Assembly: GCA_035700025.1 (NCBI GenBank)
Contig: DASSOY010000007.1
Span: forward strand, 1,193 to 65,192
Direction of reading: 5' to 3'
Source: Bacillales bacterium
GTDB lineage: Bacteria; Bacillota; Bacilli; Bacillales; DASSOY01
Length of the DNA: 64,000 bases
Shown: positions 1 through 12,725 of the stretch, piece by piece
Layout: every line of letters begins with the position of its first letter
Numbering within the stretch: position 1 is the first letter of the stretch
Notes under the pieces: generated by a model
Database searches by the model: none
What the model saw: only the letters and a program-made list of their open reading frames with translations
Told to the model about the DNA's origin: nothing
Translations under genes and position numbers: made by a program

Positions 1-201
1 GAAATTCCGAAACCGAAACGGAAAAGAAAGAAAAAGAAAGAGCCGAAAGTTCTCGAGGACGAAGACTACGATGACGATAATGACGTTGGCGCGGACGACG
101 ATTATGAGGACGAGATCGAAGATTATGAGGATTTTGATGAGGATCTTTACGACGATGAGGAAGACGAGACTTATCAGGATGACGAAGAAGAAAATGATTG
201 A
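1..201 (+). CDS. rpoE: 3' end of RNA polymerase delta subunit (polyacidic C-terminal tail); the 5' end lies outside the window
   Basis: Frame 1 is open from base 1 to TGA at 199-201. It translates to EIPKPKRKRKKKKEPKVLEDEDYDDDNDVG...DDEEDETYQDDEEEND. A basic patch followed by a long D/E/Y tail, directly upstream of pyrG, matches Bacillus rpoE. Confidence 0.6.
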   Translation, partial: EIPKPKRKRKKKKEPKVLEDEDYDDDNDVGADDDYEDEIEDYEDFDEDLYDDEEDETYQDDEEEND

Positions 202-207
202 TCCCGC

Positions 208-247
208 TTGACTTTTTGTCCCTTGCTCGGTACAATCATTTTTGGGC
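208..247 (+). promoter_or_regulatory. sigmaA-type pyrG promoter with a GGGC initially transcribed sequence
   Basis: TTGACT (208-213), a 17-nt spacer, then TACAAT (231-236). GGGC at 244-247 lies 8 nt after the -10, as in the B. subtilis pyrG reiterative-transcription start. Confidence 0.6.
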
Positions 248-251
248 TTAA

Positions 252-2015
<1,764 letters not shown>

Positions 2016-2031
2016 ACCAGACGATTCAAGC

Positions 2032-2069
2032 ACGCGGAGGAACCCCTCAGTTCTTCCGCGTGTTTTTTT
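2032..2069 (+). terminator. Intrinsic terminator after pyrG
   Basis: ACGCGGAGGAA / TTCTTCCGCGT stem (1 mismatch), loop CCCCTCAG, then a T7 run. Confidence 0.7.
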
Positions 2070-2153
2070 GCGGCGAATTTTTCAAAATCCACTTATTTTC
2101 GAGGCGAATCCGCTTCTATTCTCTCCTCTCCTTTTACAGAAATACGAAAAATT

Positions 2154-2182
2154 AGAGGAAAAAGGGCAGTTTTCACGAATTT
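2154..2182 (+). promoter_or_regulatory. Candidate sigmaH-type promoter for spo0F
   Basis: AGAGGAAAAA (AGGA at 2156-2159) and CACGAATTT (GAAT at 2177-2180) are separated by a 17-nt gap. This fits RxAGGAwww-N11-12-RxxGAATww. B. subtilis spo0F is known to have a sigmaH promoter. Confidence 0.4.
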
Positions 2183-2230
2183 AATAAAAAGGGGTCATGT
2201 GTAGAATGTGAAAGGAGACGGACTTCTACT

Positions 2231-2608
2231 ATGGGTAATGAGAGCTGGAAGAACAGAAAAATTCTCATTGTGGACGATCAATACGGCATTCGTGTCTTGC
2301 TCAAGGAAATTTTACAGACGGAGGGGTTCCGAACCTTCCAGGCTTCAAACGGCATTCAAGCATTGTCGATGGTCGAGCGGCACCATCCGGATCTTATTTT
2401 GCTGGACATGAAGATTCCGAACATGGACGGGTTGGAGATTTTGAAACGCGTCAACGAACAAGATTTCCAAACGAAGGTCATCATCATGACTGCTTACGGG
2501 GAGCTGGACATGATTGAAGAAGCGATGAGGCGCGGAGCACTCACGTATTTCTCGAAACCGTTCGACATTGAAGAAGTGCTCAATCTGATCAAGAAAGAAC
2601 TCGCTTGA
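2231..2608 (+). CDS. spo0F: Sporulation phosphorelay single-domain response regulator Spo0F
   Basis: [19 protein letters not shown]...[21 protein letters not shown]...[16 protein letters not shown]...FSKPFDIEE is near-identical in pattern to B. subtilis Spo0F. It is receiver-only, and the position pyrG-spo0F-fbaA is syntenic. Confidence 0.9.
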   Translation: MGNESWKNRKILIVDDQYGIRVLLKEILQTEGFRTFQASNGIQALSMVERHHPDLILLDMKIPNMDGLEILKRVNEQDFQTKVIIMTAYGELDMIEEAMRRGALTYFSKPFDIEEVLNLIKKELA

Positions 2609-2805
2609 TTCGCTGTCGATGACGGAATGAAAACAGATTCTCTTCCCGAACGGACCGTGCAGGCTTGAGAGATGAAGAAGATTAAGATAGAATGGATGCG
2701 ATAGACTTACATACAACTTATCGGCAAGAGATGATATAGAACGAGCAGGAAACGAACTGTTTGGGATGGGTCCACTGACCCGAGAGAAATGAAGGAGGAA
2801 GAGAG

Positions 2806-3663
2806 ATGCCGTTGGTTTCAATGAAAAAAATGTTGGAGGACGCGAAAGCCGGGGGGTATGCGGTCGGTCAGTTTAATTTGAACAACTTGGAATTCACGCA
2901 AGCCATCCTGCAAGCAGCGGAAGCCGAGCAGTCACCAGTGATTTGCGGAGTTTCCGAAGGAGCCGCGCGTTACATGGGCGGTTTCAAGACGGTCGTGGAT
3001 ATGGTGAAAGCGTTGATGGAAGAATACGGAATTACGGTTCCGGCGGCGATTCACCTTGATCACGGATCGAGTTTCGAAAAATGCATACAAGCGATCAAAG
3101 CTGGATTTACTTCCGTAATGATCGACGGGTCCGCTTATCCGCTTGACGAAAATATTGCAGTGACGAAACAAGTCGTTGCCGCGGCTCATGCGGTCGGGGT
3201 ATCCGTAGAAGCGGAACTCGGGCGCGTCGGCGGACAGGAAGACGATGTCATCGTTCCTGAAGAAGTGTATGCCGTGCCTGAAGAGTGCCGGCAGCTCGTC
3301 GAGGCCACCGGCGTCGATTGCTTGGCTCCCGCGCTCGGATCGGTACACGGACCGTACAAAGGCGAGCCGAATCTCGGGTTCAAAGAAATGGAGGAAGTGC
3401 AGAACATTACGAAACTCCCTCTCGTTTTGCACGGCGGCACGGGAATACCGACCGCCGATATCCAGCGGGCCATTTCCCTCGGAACGGCAAAGATCAACGT
3501 CAATACGGAAAGCCAAATCTCGTCGGCGAAACGGGTACGGGAAGTATTGGCCGAAAACCCCGATCTGTACGATCCGCGTAAATATATGGGACCCGCGCGC
3601 GAAGCCATCAAAGAAACGGTTATCAACAAGATGCGTGAGTTTGGATCTTCGGGAAAAGCTTAA
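2806..3663 (+). CDS. fbaA: Class II fructose-1,6-bisphosphate aldolase
   Basis: [30 protein letters not shown]...HLDHG...[10 protein letters not shown]. Strong RBS GAAGGAGGA. Synteny supports the call. Confidence 0.95.
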   Translation: MPLVSMKKMLEDAKAGGYAVGQFNLNNLEFTQAILQAAEAEQSPVICGVSEGAARYMGGFKTVVDMVKALMEEYGITVPAAIHLDHGSSFEKCIQAIKAGFTSVMIDGSAYPLDENIAVTKQVVAAAHAVGVSVEAELGRVGGQEDDVIVPEEVYAVPEECRQLVEATGVDCLAPALGSVHGPYKGEPNLGFKEMEEVQNITKLPLVLHGGTGIPTADIQRAISLGTAKINVNTESQISSAKRVREVLAENPDLYDPRKYMGPAREAIKETVINKMREFGSSGKA

Positions 3664-3710
3664 ATGATTGCCCGTCCTTATAAGAAAATGAGCTCAAGAG
3701 GTGAACAGCA

Positions 3711-4358
3711 TTGAATTTTTTTATTGATACGGCGAACTTAGATGAAATTCGCGAGGCGAACGCGCTCGGCATTCTCGCCGGGGTAACGACAAACCCGAGC
3801 CTGGTGGCCAAAGAAGGCGCTGATTTTCATGAACGGCTGCGCGAGATTACGAGCATCGTTTCCGGCTCCGTCAGCGCGGAAGTCGTTTCTGAGAAAGCGG
3901 AGGACATGGTCGAAGAAGGAAAAGAACTGGCGGCAATTGCCCCAAACATTACTGTGAAAGTGCCGATGACGCTGGAAGGCTTGAAAGCGGTGAAGGCTTT
4001 TTCCGATCTCGACATCGATACGAACGTCACATTGATTTTTTCCGCCAATCAAGCGTTGCTGGCTGCGCGTGCCGGCGCCACATATGTGTCCCCGTTTTTG
4101 GGAAGACTGGATGATATCGGACATGACGGCTTAGCGCTGATCTCGCAAATCGCCGAAATTTTTGATTTGCACGAAATTCCGACGAATATCATCGCTGCGT
4201 CGATCCGGCATCCGGTTCATGTGACGGAAGCAGCCGCACGCGGCGCGCATATTGCAACTACTCCGTTTAAAGTGATTCAACAGCTCGTCAAACATCCTCT
4301 AACCGATCAAGGAATCGACAAATTTCTTGCAGACTGGGAGAAACATCAAGGAAAGTAA
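3711..4358 (+). CDS. tal: Transaldolase / fructose-6-phosphate aldolase family (type 3B)
   Basis: TTG start behind [40 protein letters not shown]...VKVPMT...SPFLGRLDD. This is the ywjH position in B. subtilis. Confidence 0.92.
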   Translation: MNFFIDTANLDEIREANALGILAGVTTNPSLVAKEGADFHERLREITSIVSGSVSAEVVSEKAEDMVEEGKELAAIAPNITVKVPMTLEGLKAVKAFSDLDIDTNVTLIFSANQALLAARAGATYVSPFLGRLDDIGHDGLALISQIAEIFDLHEIPTNIIAASIRHPVHVTEAAARGAHIATTPFKVIQQLVKHPLTDQGIDKFLADWEKHQGK

Positions 4359-4477
4359 ACGAACTTTCCGGGTTGGTCGACGCTTGCCGCAGGGTTTCCG
4401 GAAACCGCGGGAATCCCGCTTGTTCTCCAGCCGCGGGCAAGGGTACCAGCTTTCTTTCGAAGGGAGTCCGATTGATC

Positions 4478-5764
4478 ATGGAGAAGTTACTGATCGAAGG
4501 CGGCCATCCGTTGAACGGGACCGTTCAGATCAGCGGAGCAAAAAACAGTGCCGTAGCTTTGATTCCGGCGGCGATATTGGCCCATTCACCCGTAACGATC
4601 GATTATTTGCCCGATATATCCGATGTACGCATTTTGTCGCAATTGCTTGAGGAAATCGGCGGCGAGGTCCGTTACGAAGACCAGACGCTGACCGTCAATC
4701 CGGAGCAAATGATATCGATGCCGCTGCCAAACGGCCGCGTAAAGAAGCTTCGGGCGTCTTACTATTTGATGGGGGCGATGCTCGGCCGCTTCAAGAAAGC
4801 CGTGATCGGATTGCCGGGCGGCTGTAATATCGGTCCGCGTCCCATCGATCAACATATTAAAGGGTTCGAAGCGCTCGGAGCGAAGGTGACGAACGAACAA
4901 GGAGCGATCTATTTGCGCGCCGAGGAACTGACGGGCGCTAGAATCTATCTTGACGTTGTCAGCGTTGGCGCGACGATCAATATTATGCTTGCCGCCGTCA
5001 AGGCAAAAGGACGAACCGTCATTGAAAATGCCGCAAAAGAGCCGGAAATCATTGATGTCGCCACCCTGCTTTCAAGCATGGGAGCAAGAATCAAGGGCGC
5101 TGGAACGGACGTCATCCGTATCGACGGTGTCGAAGAGCTGCACGGCTGCCGCCATTCGATCATTCCCGACCGAATAGAAGCTGGAACGTTCATGATTGCC
5201 GCGGCTGCGATGGGCGACGAAGTGTTGATTGACAACGTCATCCCTCAACACGTCGAGTCCTTAACCGCAAAGCTGCGTGAAATGGGTGTGAACATCGAAT
5301 TCGGCGATGATCAAATCATGATCCGCCGAAACGACGATTTGAAACATATCGACATCAAGACGCTTGTGTATCCGGGATTTCCAACGGATTTGCAGCAGCC
5401 GCTGACATCGTTGTTAACGCGAGCAAAGGGAACAAGTCTCGTAACCGAGACGATTTATACGTCCCGTTTCAAGCATATCGACGAGTTGCGGCGGATGGGC
5501 GCCGATTTGAAAGTGGAAGGCAATTCGGCGATCATCAACGGTCCGTTGCGTTTGCAAGGAGCGAAAGTGAAGGCTACGGACTTGCGCGCCGGCGCTTCAC
5601 TCGTCGTTGCCGGGTTGATGGCCGAAGGGGTGACCGAGATCTCCGGCCTCGAATATATCGACCGCGGCTACAGCGGACTTGTAGAAAAGCTGTCCGGTCT
5701 CGGGGCGAACATTTGGCGTGAAGATAAAGAATCTGAAGAGGAAGAACAGCTGTCGACTACATAG
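4478..5764 (+). CDS. murAB: UDP-N-acetylglucosamine 1-carboxyvinyltransferase, paralog 2
   Basis: [35 protein letters not shown]...[15 protein letters not shown]. The start was moved to ATG 4478 behind GAAGGGAG. It is the second murA copy in the window. Confidence 0.93.
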   Translation: MEKLLIEGGHPLNGTVQISGAKNSAVALIPAAILAHSPVTIDYLPDISDVRILSQLLEEIGGEVRYEDQTLTVNPEQMISMPLPNGRVKKLRASYYLMGAMLGRFKKAVIGLPGGCNIGPRPIDQHIKGFEALGAKVTNEQGAIYLRAEELTGARIYLDVVSVGATINIMLAAVKAKGRTVIENAAKEPEIIDVATLLSSMGARIKGAGTDVIRIDGVEELHGCRHSIIPDRIEAGTFMIAAAAMGDEVLIDNVIPQHVESLTAKLREMGVNIEFGDDQIMIRRNDDLKHIDIKTLVYPGFPTDLQQPLTSLLTRAKGTSLVTETIYTSRFKHIDELRRMGADLKVEGNSAIINGPLRLQGAKVKATDLRAGASLVVAGLMAEGVTEISGLEYIDRGYSGLVEKLSGLGANIWREDKESEEEEQLSTT

Positions 5765-5867
5765 GCGGCCGGAAAACGGGCAGTCGTTTCGAATGGTACA
5801 ATGGATGGCTGCCGTCATGTGGATCCATTGTGCCTGATCGTTATTAAACTGTTGAAGGGGAATGAAC

Positions 5868-6839
5868 ATGGAACGAAGCTTGTCAATGGAACTGGTCAGG
5901 GTTACGGAAGCTGCAGCCTTGGCATCGGCAAGGTGGATGGGTCTCGGTCAAAAGGAAGCGGCTGACGATGCGGCGACAACGGCGATGCGCAACGTGTTCG
6001 ATACGATTCCGATGAAAGGTACGGTTGTCATCGGCGAAGGAGAACGCGATGAAGCGCCGATGCTCTATATCGGCGAAAAGCTCGGAACCGGTTACGGTCC
6101 GCGCGTAGATGTCGCGGTAGATCCCGTCGAAGGTACGGACATCGTAGCGGACGGAACGTGGAACGCGTTAACGGTGATCGCCATTGCCGATCACGGCTGT
6201 TTGCTGCATGCACCGGACATGTATATGCAAAAAATCGCCGTCGGACCCGAAGCGATCGGAAAAATTGACATTGATGCACCAATTCTCGATAATTTGAAGG
6301 CGGTTGCAAAAGCAAAAGGCAAAGACATCGAGGATCTCGTCGTAACTGTATTGAATCGTCCGCGTCATCAAGAGATCATTCGCGAAATTCGCGAAGCCGG
6401 AGCTCGAATCAAGCTCATTCCCGCCGGCGACGTTGCGGCTGCCATGAATACGGCATTCGAGAACACAGGCGTCGATCTGCTTCTTGGAACCGGCGGTGCT
6501 CCCGAAGGGGTGCTGGCTGCCGTTGCCTTGAAATGCCTCGGCGGAGAAATTCAAGGGAAATTGGCGCCGCGAAACGAACAAGAAATGGAACGCGCGCGTA
6601 CAATGGGTTTGGAAGATGTGACGCAAGTATTGCGAATGGATGATCTCGTCAAAGGCGACGATGCTATTTTCGCCGCAAGCGGCGTCACGGACGGCGAATT
6701 GTTGCAAGGCGTTCGTTTCAAAGGGTCGACGGGAACAACGCAATCGCTCGTCATGCGCGCGAAATCGGGAACGGTCCGTTTTATTAACGGGAAACATAGT
6801 TTACAGAAGAAACCGGATTTGGTGATTAAACCGAATTGA
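5868..6839 (+). CDS. glpX: Class II fructose-1,6-bisphosphatase
   Basis: [25 protein letters not shown]...[19 protein letters not shown] matches the GlpX N-terminus. ATG 5868 was chosen over 5862, which abuts the RBS. Confidence 0.95.
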   Translation: MERSLSMELVRVTEAAALASARWMGLGQKEAADDAATTAMRNVFDTIPMKGTVVIGEGERDEAPMLYIGEKLGTGYGPRVDVAVDPVEGTDIVADGTWNALTVIAIADHGCLLHAPDMYMQKIAVGPEAIGKIDIDAPILDNLKAVAKAKGKDIEDLVVTVLNRPRHQEIIREIREAGARIKLIPAGDVAAAMNTAFENTGVDLLLGTGGAPEGVLAAVALKCLGGEIQGKLAPRNEQEMERARTMGLEDVTQVLRMDDLVKGDDAIFAASGVTDGELLQGVRFKGSTGTTQSLVMRAKSGTVRFINGKHSLQKKPDLVIKPN

Positions 6840-6977
6840 TGTGTAAATGAACGTCTTTTCGGGTAATCATGATAAAACCAACGCATTTTAATCGTCCTCC
6901 CATATGATTTCAACCCCATCCTAATACTTTCGGTTATTCAATTTGCACGATTATATTAATAAAAGTGTGGTGTCTAT

Positions 6978-8264
6978 ATGACAGTCAGTTTATCGGCGCT
7001 CGAAAATATGAAACTTCGGGATTTATACGAGCTTGCCCGCGAATACAAAGTGTCTTATTACAGCAAACTCACGAAACGTGAGTTGATGTTTTCGATCTTG
7101 AAGGCGCAAGCGGAAAAAGACGGTTTTTCTTTCATGGAAGGGGTTCTTGAAATCATACAGTCGGAGGGGTTCGGTTTTTTGCGGCCGATTAATTACTCTC
7201 CCAGTTCAGAAGACATTTACATTTCTGCTTCGCAAATTCGGAGATTCGATTTGCGAAACGGGGATAAAGTTTCCGGTAAGGTCCGTCCGCCGAAAGAAAA
7301 CGAACGGTATTACGGGTTATTGCACGTGGAAGCGGTGAACGGGGAAGACCCGGACACGGCGAAAGAAAGAGTTCATTTCCCGGCGCTCACTCCGTTGTAT
7401 CCGGAAAAGAAAATGAAAATGGAAGTCGACGGCAGACGGTTGTCGACGCGAATCATCGATTTGATTTCTCCCGTCGGATTTGGTCAACGCGGTTTGATTG
7501 TTTCCCCTCCAAAAGCAGGAAAGACGATGCTGCTTAAGGATGTCGCCAACAGTGTCTCCAACAACCATCCCGAAGCTGAATTGATCGTACTTTTGATCGA
7601 CGAACGTCCTGAGGAAGTAACCGACATCGAACGTTCGGTGAAAGGCGAAGTCGTTAGTTCAACGTTTGACGAAGTCCCGGAAAATCATATAAAAGTGGCC
7701 GAACTCGTGCTTGAGCGGGCGATGCGCCTTGTTGAGCACAAGAAAGACGTCGTCATTCTCATGGACAGCATCACGCGGTTAGCGCGGGCTTACAATCTTG
7801 TTGTTCCGCCGAGCGGACGGACGTTGTCGGGGGGCATCGATCCGGCCTCTTTCCATCGCCCGAAACGTTTCTTCGGAGCGGCGAGAAACATCGAAGAAGG
7901 CGGCAGCTTGACGATTTTGGCAACGGCGCTTGTGGATACCGGCTCACGTATGGACGATGTGATTTATGAGGAGTTTAAAGGCACGGGGAACATGGAACTT
8001 CACCTTGACCGCAGCCTGGCGGAACGCCGGATTTTCCCTGCCATCGACATTCGCCGTTCCGGCACGAGAAAAGAAGAAATGCTTATGGATAAAGAACATC
8101 TCGATACGTTATGGGCGATTCGAAAAACGATGGACGACTCGCCGGAATTTGTGTCGCATTTCTTAAAGAGGCTTAAGACCACGAAATCCAACGAAGAGTT
8201 TTTCCAAATGTTCTCGAAAGACAAAGCCGGGAAAACGCGAACCGGAAGGTCGAAGATTGGCTGA
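6978..8264 (+). CDS. rho: Transcription termination factor Rho
   Basis: N-terminal Rho_N (LRDLYELAREYKVSYYSKLTKRELMFSIL), a cold-shock-like RNA-binding domain, and a Walker A motif (SPPKAGKT). Confidence 0.97.
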   Translation: MTVSLSALENMKLRDLYELAREYKVSYYSKLTKRELMFSILKAQAEKDGFSFMEGVLEIIQSEGFGFLRPINYSPSSEDIYISASQIRRFDLRNGDKVSGKVRPPKENERYYGLLHVEAVNGEDPDTAKERVHFPALTPLYPEKKMKMEVDGRRLSTRIIDLISPVGFGQRGLIVSPPKAGKTMLLKDVANSVSNNHPEAELIVLLIDERPEEVTDIERSVKGEVVSSTFDEVPENHIKVAELVLERAMRLVEHKKDVVILMDSITRLARAYNLVVPPSGRTLSGGIDPASFHRPKRFFGAARNIEEGGSLTILATALVDTGSRMDDVIYEEFKGTGNMELHLDRSLAERRIFPAIDIRRSGTRKEEMLMDKEHLDTLWAIRKTMDDSPEFVSHFLKRLKTTKSNEEFFQMFSKDKAGKTRTGRSKIG

Positions 8265-8371
8265 CAAATGTCTAACCGGCTTGAAATCCCGTAACCTCCC
8301 TGCTATAATGTACGTTGGCATGCAAAAATACTCTGGTTTGAAATACAATCAGGGCAAAGGAGTTGAACGTG

Positions 8372-8572
8372 ATGAAAGTCGGTATTCATCCGGAATATCA
8401 TAAAGCGAAAGTGAAATGTGCTTGCGGAAACGAATTCGAAACGGGTTCGGTGAAACAAGACTTGCGCGTGGAAATTTGTTCCGAGTGTCATCCTTTTTAC
8501 ACGGGTAAACAACGGTTCGCAGATTCTGGCGGACGCGTCGATCGCTTTAAGAAAAAATACAATCTTAAATAA
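8372..8572 (+). CDS. rpmE: 50S ribosomal protein L31 (Cys-containing, Zn-type)
   Basis: [26 protein letters not shown]...[15 protein letters not shown] 8372 is 9 nt after GGAG. Confidence 0.95.
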   Translation: MKVGIHPEYHKAKVKCACGNEFETGSVKQDLRVEICSECHPFYTGKQRFADSGGRVDRFKKKYNLK

Positions 8573-8587
8573 AAGAAATGCGGGACG

Positions 8588-8614
8588 GGCAGAGGTCACC
8601 CTCTGCCTGTTTTT
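8588..8614 (+). terminator. Intrinsic terminator after rpmE
   Basis: GGCAGAGG-TCAC-CCTCTGCC (8-bp perfect stem) followed by TGTTTTT. Confidence 0.75.
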
Positions 8615-8709
8615 CGTTGCTTGATCTGAAAGGATGCAGCGTCGTGCAGCCGGCACAGCCGGTTTCATGCAGACGTTTTCTTTACATAAACCAATCGGGG
8701 GTATGGCGG

Positions 8710-9336
8710 ATGCACGAACACGATCATGGCGGTCGGCTTGAGGTCATCTGCGGCAGCATGTTTTCCGGGAAATCGGAAGAATTGATCCGGAGGGTGCGGC
8801 GCGCGCAATACGGCAAGTTGAAGACGCAAGTGTTCAAGCCGGTGATCGACAACCGATACAGCGAAGCCGAGGTGGTTTCACATAACGGGATTGCCGTTGA
8901 GGCGATCCCGGTGAAACGGGCGAAAGACGTACTGACAAGCTTATCGACGGGTGTGAAGGTCGTTGCGGTCGATGAAATTCAGTTTTTCGATTCCACGATC
9001 GTGCCGGTCGTTCAGACGCTGGCGAACGACGGCATTCGCGTCATTGCCGCTGGACTGGACCAAGATTTTCGCGGTCAACCGTTCGGGGAAATGCCGGTGC
9101 TCCTGTCATTGGCTGAAAGCGTCACCAAATTGCAGGCGGTGTGCGTGAAATGCGGTGCATCTGCAAGCCGAACGCAAAGGCTGATTGATGGAAAACCGGC
9201 CGCTTACGACGATCCGACGATTTTGGTTGGCGCATCGGAGGCGTACGAAGCCCGTTGCCGCGGATGCCATCAAGTGCCGGGAGCTCCTTCCGGACGGTCG
9301 GAAGCGGCGGTATCGGTCGAACCGGCCCAGTTGTAA
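8710..9336 (+). CDS. tdk: Thymidine kinase
   Basis: [26 protein letters not shown] (P-loop) and C-terminal Zn-ribbon cysteines (CVKCG...CRGCH). The start was moved to ATG 8710. Confidence 0.92.
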   Translation: MHEHDHGGRLEVICGSMFSGKSEELIRRVRRAQYGKLKTQVFKPVIDNRYSEAEVVSHNGIAVEAIPVKRAKDVLTSLSTGVKVVAVDEIQFFDSTIVPVVQTLANDGIRVIAAGLDQDFRGQPFGEMPVLLSLAESVTKLQAVCVKCGASASRTQRLIDGKPAAYDDPTILVGASEAYEARCRGCHQVPGAPSGRSEAAVSVEPAQL

Positions 9337-9363
9337 GGTCTTTGCCTTTGGGTGTGTACCGCA

Positions 9364-9392
9364 TTGCCAACGCTATGCGTTTTCTCTATACT
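9364..9392 (+). promoter_or_regulatory. Candidate sigmaA promoter for prfA-prmC
   Basis: TTGCCA (9364-9369), a 17-nt spacer, then TATACT (9387-9392). It lies 20 nt upstream of the prfA GTG. Confidence 0.5.
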
Positions 9393-9411
9393 GAGGATGA
9401 GGTGACACAAA

Positions 9412-10491
9412 GTGATTGAACGATTAGATTCGATCGAACAGCGATATCGGCAATTGAACGATTGGCTGACGGATCCTGAAGTGATCAACGATCCGGAGAA
9501 ACTTCGAAAATATTCGAAGGAACAAAGCGATTTAAGCGAAACGGTCCAACAGTACCGCGAGTATAAAGAAGTGAAACAGCAGCTGGGCGAGGCAAAAGCG
9601 ATGCTCGAGGACGACGCCCTGGATGAAGAGATGGAAGAAATGGTGCGGGCGGAAATCGACGAATTGAGTGAACGCCTTGAGGGGCTTGAGGAAGAATTGA
9701 AGCGGCTGCTCATTCCGAAAGATCCGAACGACGACAAAAACGTCATCGTCGAAATTCGCGGAGCGGCCGGGGGAGACGAAGCGGCGTTGTTTGCTGCGGA
9801 TTTATTCAAGATGTACAGCCGTTATGCGGAAGCCAATGGGTGGAAAACGGAAGTCATCGAGGCAAATGCGACGGAACTCGGCGGCTACAAGGAAATCGTC
9901 TTCATGGTCAACGGGAAAGGTGCGTTTTCGCGACTGAAATTCGAAAACGGTGCGCATCGCGTACAGCGCGTGCCTTCGACTGAGTCCGGCGGGCGGATTC
10001 ATACGTCGACGTCGACGGTCGCGGTGTTGCCGGAGGCTGAAGAAGTCGAAGTGGATATCCAGGAGAAGGACATTCGCGTCGATACATTTGCGTCGAGCGG
10101 TCCCGGCGGGCAGAGCGTGAACACGACGATGTCGGCCGTCCGCCTGACACACGAGCCGACGGGAATCGTCGTATCATGCCAAGACGAGAAATCGCAGATC
10201 AAGAACAAAGAAAAGGCGATGAAAGTGCTGCGCGCGCGGATTTACGACAAATACCAGAAGGAAGCGGAAGCTGAATATGCGCAGACCCGTAAGTCGGCGG
10301 TCGGAACCGGGGACCGTTCCGAGCGGATCCGGACGTACAATTTTCCGCAAAGCCGTGTGACCGATCATCGCATTGGGTTGACGCTGCAAAAGCTCGACCA
10401 AATTTTGATGGGCAAACTCGATGAAATTATTGATCCGCTCATCTTGCAGTATCAAACGGAGCAAATGGAGAACAACCATGAAAGTGCATGA
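9412..10491 (+). CDS. prfA: Peptide chain release factor 1
   Basis: GTG start. [37 protein letters not shown], with the PST tripeptide region and the GGQ motif (SGPGGQSVN). Confidence 0.97.
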   Translation: MIERLDSIEQRYRQLNDWLTDPEVINDPEKLRKYSKEQSDLSETVQQYREYKEVKQQLGEAKAMLEDDALDEEMEEMVRAEIDELSERLEGLEEELKRLLIPKDPNDDKNVIVEIRGAAGGDEAALFAADLFKMYSRYAEANGWKTEVIEANATELGGYKEIVFMVNGKGAFSRLKFENGAHRVQRVPSTESGGRIHTSTSTVAVLPEAEEVEVDIQEKDIRVDTFASSGPGGQSVNTTMSAVRLTHEPTGIVVSCQDEKSQIKNKEKAMKVLRARIYDKYQKEAEAEYAQTRKSAVGTGDRSERIRTYNFPQSRVTDHRIGLTLQKLDQILMGKLDEIIDPLILQYQTEQMENNHESA

Positions 10492-11338
10492 GGCCCTGCG
10501 AAGGGCTTCTTCCTTTTTGGCGGAAAGCGGCCGTGAAGCACGGGCGGCGGAGATTTTGTTAGGTCACGCTCTCGGCGCGAGCCGCACGCAACTGTTCATG
10601 CAAATGCAAGAGGAGATGCCGGAGGCGGCGGCAGCCGTATTTGGCGACTTGATCCGGGCGCACGCGGGAGGCATTCCCGTGCAGCATTTGACCGGGACGG
10701 AGCCGTTTTTCGGGCGTACGTTTCACGTGAGCCGTGACGTTTTGATCCCGCGGCCGGAGACGGAAGAACTTGTAGCGCACGTACTGGAGACCATTCCAGG
10801 CTTGTTCGGCGGACGGCAGCTGGCCGCCGTCGATGTCGGAACCGGGTCCGGGGTGATCGCGGCGACGTTGGCCATGGAATGTGAACAGATGCACGTGAGT
10901 GCGGTGGATGTGTCGCCGGAAGCGTTGGCTGTTGCCGTTCGAAATGCTGAGCGGCTTGGCGCACGTGTCGATTTTTACGAAGGTGATTTATTGGCTCCAT
11001 TCATGAATGAAGGCAAGAAATTTGATCTCATCGTCTCCAATCTTCCGTACATTCCTGAGGAAGAAGCAGAGGCCTTGGATCCGCTCGTGAAAGATCACGA
11101 ACCGTCGCTCGCATTGTATGGAGGCAAAGACGGACTCAGCCTATATCGGCAATTGATCGGCCAAATTCCGAAAGTCGAAACCGGCGGCCCATGCTTGATC
11201 GCTTTTGAAATTGGAATCGGACAGAGCGAAGCCGTTTCGGGTTTGATCCGCCGCCAATTCGGTGATCGTGCCCAAGTGTCGGTTTTGCGCGATATTAACG
11301 GTAAAGAAAGGATTGTATCGGCCGTCATCGGCAAGTAA
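10478..11338 (+). CDS. prmC: Release-factor glutamine N5-methyltransferase
   Basis: SAM-binding motif ([11 protein letters not shown]) and the NLPY (NPPY-type) motif. It overlaps the prfA 3' end by 14 nt. The start was moved to ATG 10478. Confidence 0.92.
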   Translation: MKVHEALRRASSFLAESGREARAAEILLGHALGASRTQLFMQMQEEMPEAAAAVFGDLIRAHAGGIPVQHLTGTEPFFGRTFHVSRDVLIPRPETEELVAHVLETIPGLFGGRQLAAVDVGTGSGVIAATLAMECEQMHVSAVDVSPEALAVAVRNAERLGARVDFYEGDLLAPFMNEGKKFDLIVSNLPYIPEEEAEALDPLVKDHEPSLALYGGKDGLSLYRQLIGQIPKVETGGPCLIAFEIGIGQSEAVSGLIRRQFGDRAQVSVLRDINGKERIVSAVIGK

Positions 11339-11412
11339 TGTCGAGGAACGGCGAACGATTTCCTGTATGATTTTCATCTTCCCCGTCCAAACTGTCGGAT
11401 GAAAGGGCGGGG

Positions 11413-12060
11413 ATGAAATTGAAACGGAAAGCTATGATTTTGTCATTTTCTTTATTTGCATTGCTTGTGTTTAACATGGATGTTCAGCCGCTGAAGGTGT
11501 TCGCGGCAGGGGAAGACGTGAAAATTCCGGAACAATCGATTCGTTTAAGGATTCTAGCCAACAGCAATTCTGCTCAAGACCAAGAGACGAAAAGAACGGT
11601 TCGCGACGCCGTTAACAAGCAGATCGCCGGATGGGTTGGAGACCTTGAAACGATCCAGCAGGCAAGAAAGGCGATTCGTTCGCATTTGCCGGAGATTCGA
11701 ACGACGGTTGAAGAAGTGTTGAAGCAACGAAAGGAAAAGTACGGATTTTCGATAAAATTCGGGGATGTGCAGTTTCCGACGAAGCTATACGGAAACTATG
11801 TTTATCCGGCCGGAATTTATGAAGCGCTGCTGATCACGCTCGGCAGCGGCAAAGGCGCCAACTGGTGGTGCGTCCTGTTTCCTCCGCTTTGCTTTTTGGA
11901 CTTTGAAAACGGCGACGCCGTGAAAAAGCAACCGGAGGCTGAACCGCAGAAGCCGACGGCGAAATCAACGGCTGGCGAACGACAAAACGAGATTCAGGTG
12001 AAATTTTTCGTCGTTGAATGGTTTTCGTCGTTGATTCACGCGATTGCTCAATGGTTTTAA
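11413..12060 (+). CDS. spoIIR: Stage II sporulation signalling protein SpoIIR
   Basis: Signal peptide plus IRLRILANSNSAQDQETKRTVRDAV...ANWWCVLFPPLCF, the hallmark SpoIIR sequence. Syntenic position. Confidence 0.9.
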   Translation: MKLKRKAMILSFSLFALLVFNMDVQPLKVFAAGEDVKIPEQSIRLRILANSNSAQDQETKRTVRDAVNKQIAGWVGDLETIQQARKAIRSHLPEIRTTVEEVLKQRKEKYGFSIKFGDVQFPTKLYGNYVYPAGIYEALLITLGSGKGANWWCVLFPPLCFLDFENGDAVKKQPEAEPQKPTAKSTAGERQNEIQVKFFVVEWFSSLIHAIAQWF

Positions 12061-12107
12061 CTGGAGTCATAATCCTCTGTTTCTATCATAAAATGGTAGA
12101 GATGGCG

Positions 12108-12135
12108 AAGGCCCATACTTGTGTGGGCCTTTTTC
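12108..12135 (+). terminator. Intrinsic terminator after spoIIR
   Basis: AAGGCCCA / TGGGCCTT stem, 8-nt loop, short T5 run. Confidence 0.6.
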
Positions 12136-12207
12136 ATACGGAAAGTGGGAAGCTGTTCCGGCTGGCCGGTACAGCTCCAACCATTTCATTTCAGGGGGAA
12201 TGATACA

Positions 12208-12633
12208 ATGAGCAGCGCGATTCGCAGGGCGAAAGCGGAAGACCGCGAACCATTGGCCGATTTTGCTTCGGCCTCGGGCGTTCCGGCAGACGAAATTCGC
12301 GAGCAGTACGAAAAATTTTATATAATGGAAACGGAACAAGGACAATGGATGGCCACGGTGGCGATCGAGCAGCGGGGCGACAATGCGATGCTGCGCATGC
12401 TCGTGATCAATCCGACGAAATGCGGGATGGAGGAAATGGTTCGTTTTCTTCATGAAATCCTTGCGGTCGTACAGCAACGAAATTTTCGCAAGTTGTACTT
12501 GGTGACGCCTTCTCCGGAAATCTTTCGACCGTTCGGGTTTTCGCCTGTGCAAGATCAGCAAATTCCGGAACCGTTGCAGTCGGGAATTTCGGAATCGGGC
12601 GAGGATACCGTTCCGATGGCCCGTTCCTTTTAA
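12208..12633 (+). CDS. Small GNAT-like (acetyltransferase-fold) protein, in the ywlB position
   Basis: 141 aa starting MSSAIRRAKAEDREPLADF behind RBS CAGGGGGA. The layout is GNAT-like (...MLVINPTKCGMEEMVRFLHEIL...). The assignment rests on position and general pattern only. Confidence 0.5.
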   Translation: MSSAIRRAKAEDREPLADFASASGVPADEIREQYEKFYIMETEQGQWMATVAIEQRGDNAMLRMLVINPTKCGMEEMVRFLHEILAVVQQRNFRKLYLVTPSPEIFRPFGFSPVQDQQIPEPLQSGISESGEDTVPMARSF

Positions 12634-12634
12634 T

Positions 12635-12676
12635 TTGTCCACAAAAATGTCCACAGTGTGGAACATCTTATCCACA
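12635..12676. promoter_or_regulatory. DnaA-box cluster in the ywlB-ywlC intergenic spacer
   Basis: There is one perfect TTATCCACA (12668-12676). Near-consensus boxes are TTGTCCACA (12635-12643), ATGTCCACA (12647-12655) and inverted TGTGGAACA (12657-12665). All four lie within 42 bp. Confidence 0.6.
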
Positions 12677-12725
12677 AACTGAGGACATTTTTGTGAAATC
12701 GTTGATGAAACGGCGGGGAGCACGT

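Noticed and set aside
4393-4419. A perfect 14-nt palindrome GGTTTCCGGAAACC (4393-4406) followed by GCGGG-AAT-CCCGC, in the tal-murAB spacer.
   Set aside because: It is short with no T-tract, so it is not a terminator. I recognise no similarity to a known operator, and there is no second copy in the window. There is too little evidence to assign a function.
4478-5764. Two murA genes in one window (4478-5764 and 43340-44677), considered as a possible recent duplication or accessory copy.
   Set aside because: Low-GC Gram-positive bacteria normally carry the paralogs murAA and murAB in exactly these two syntenic positions. The sequences are clearly diverged, so this is ordinary.
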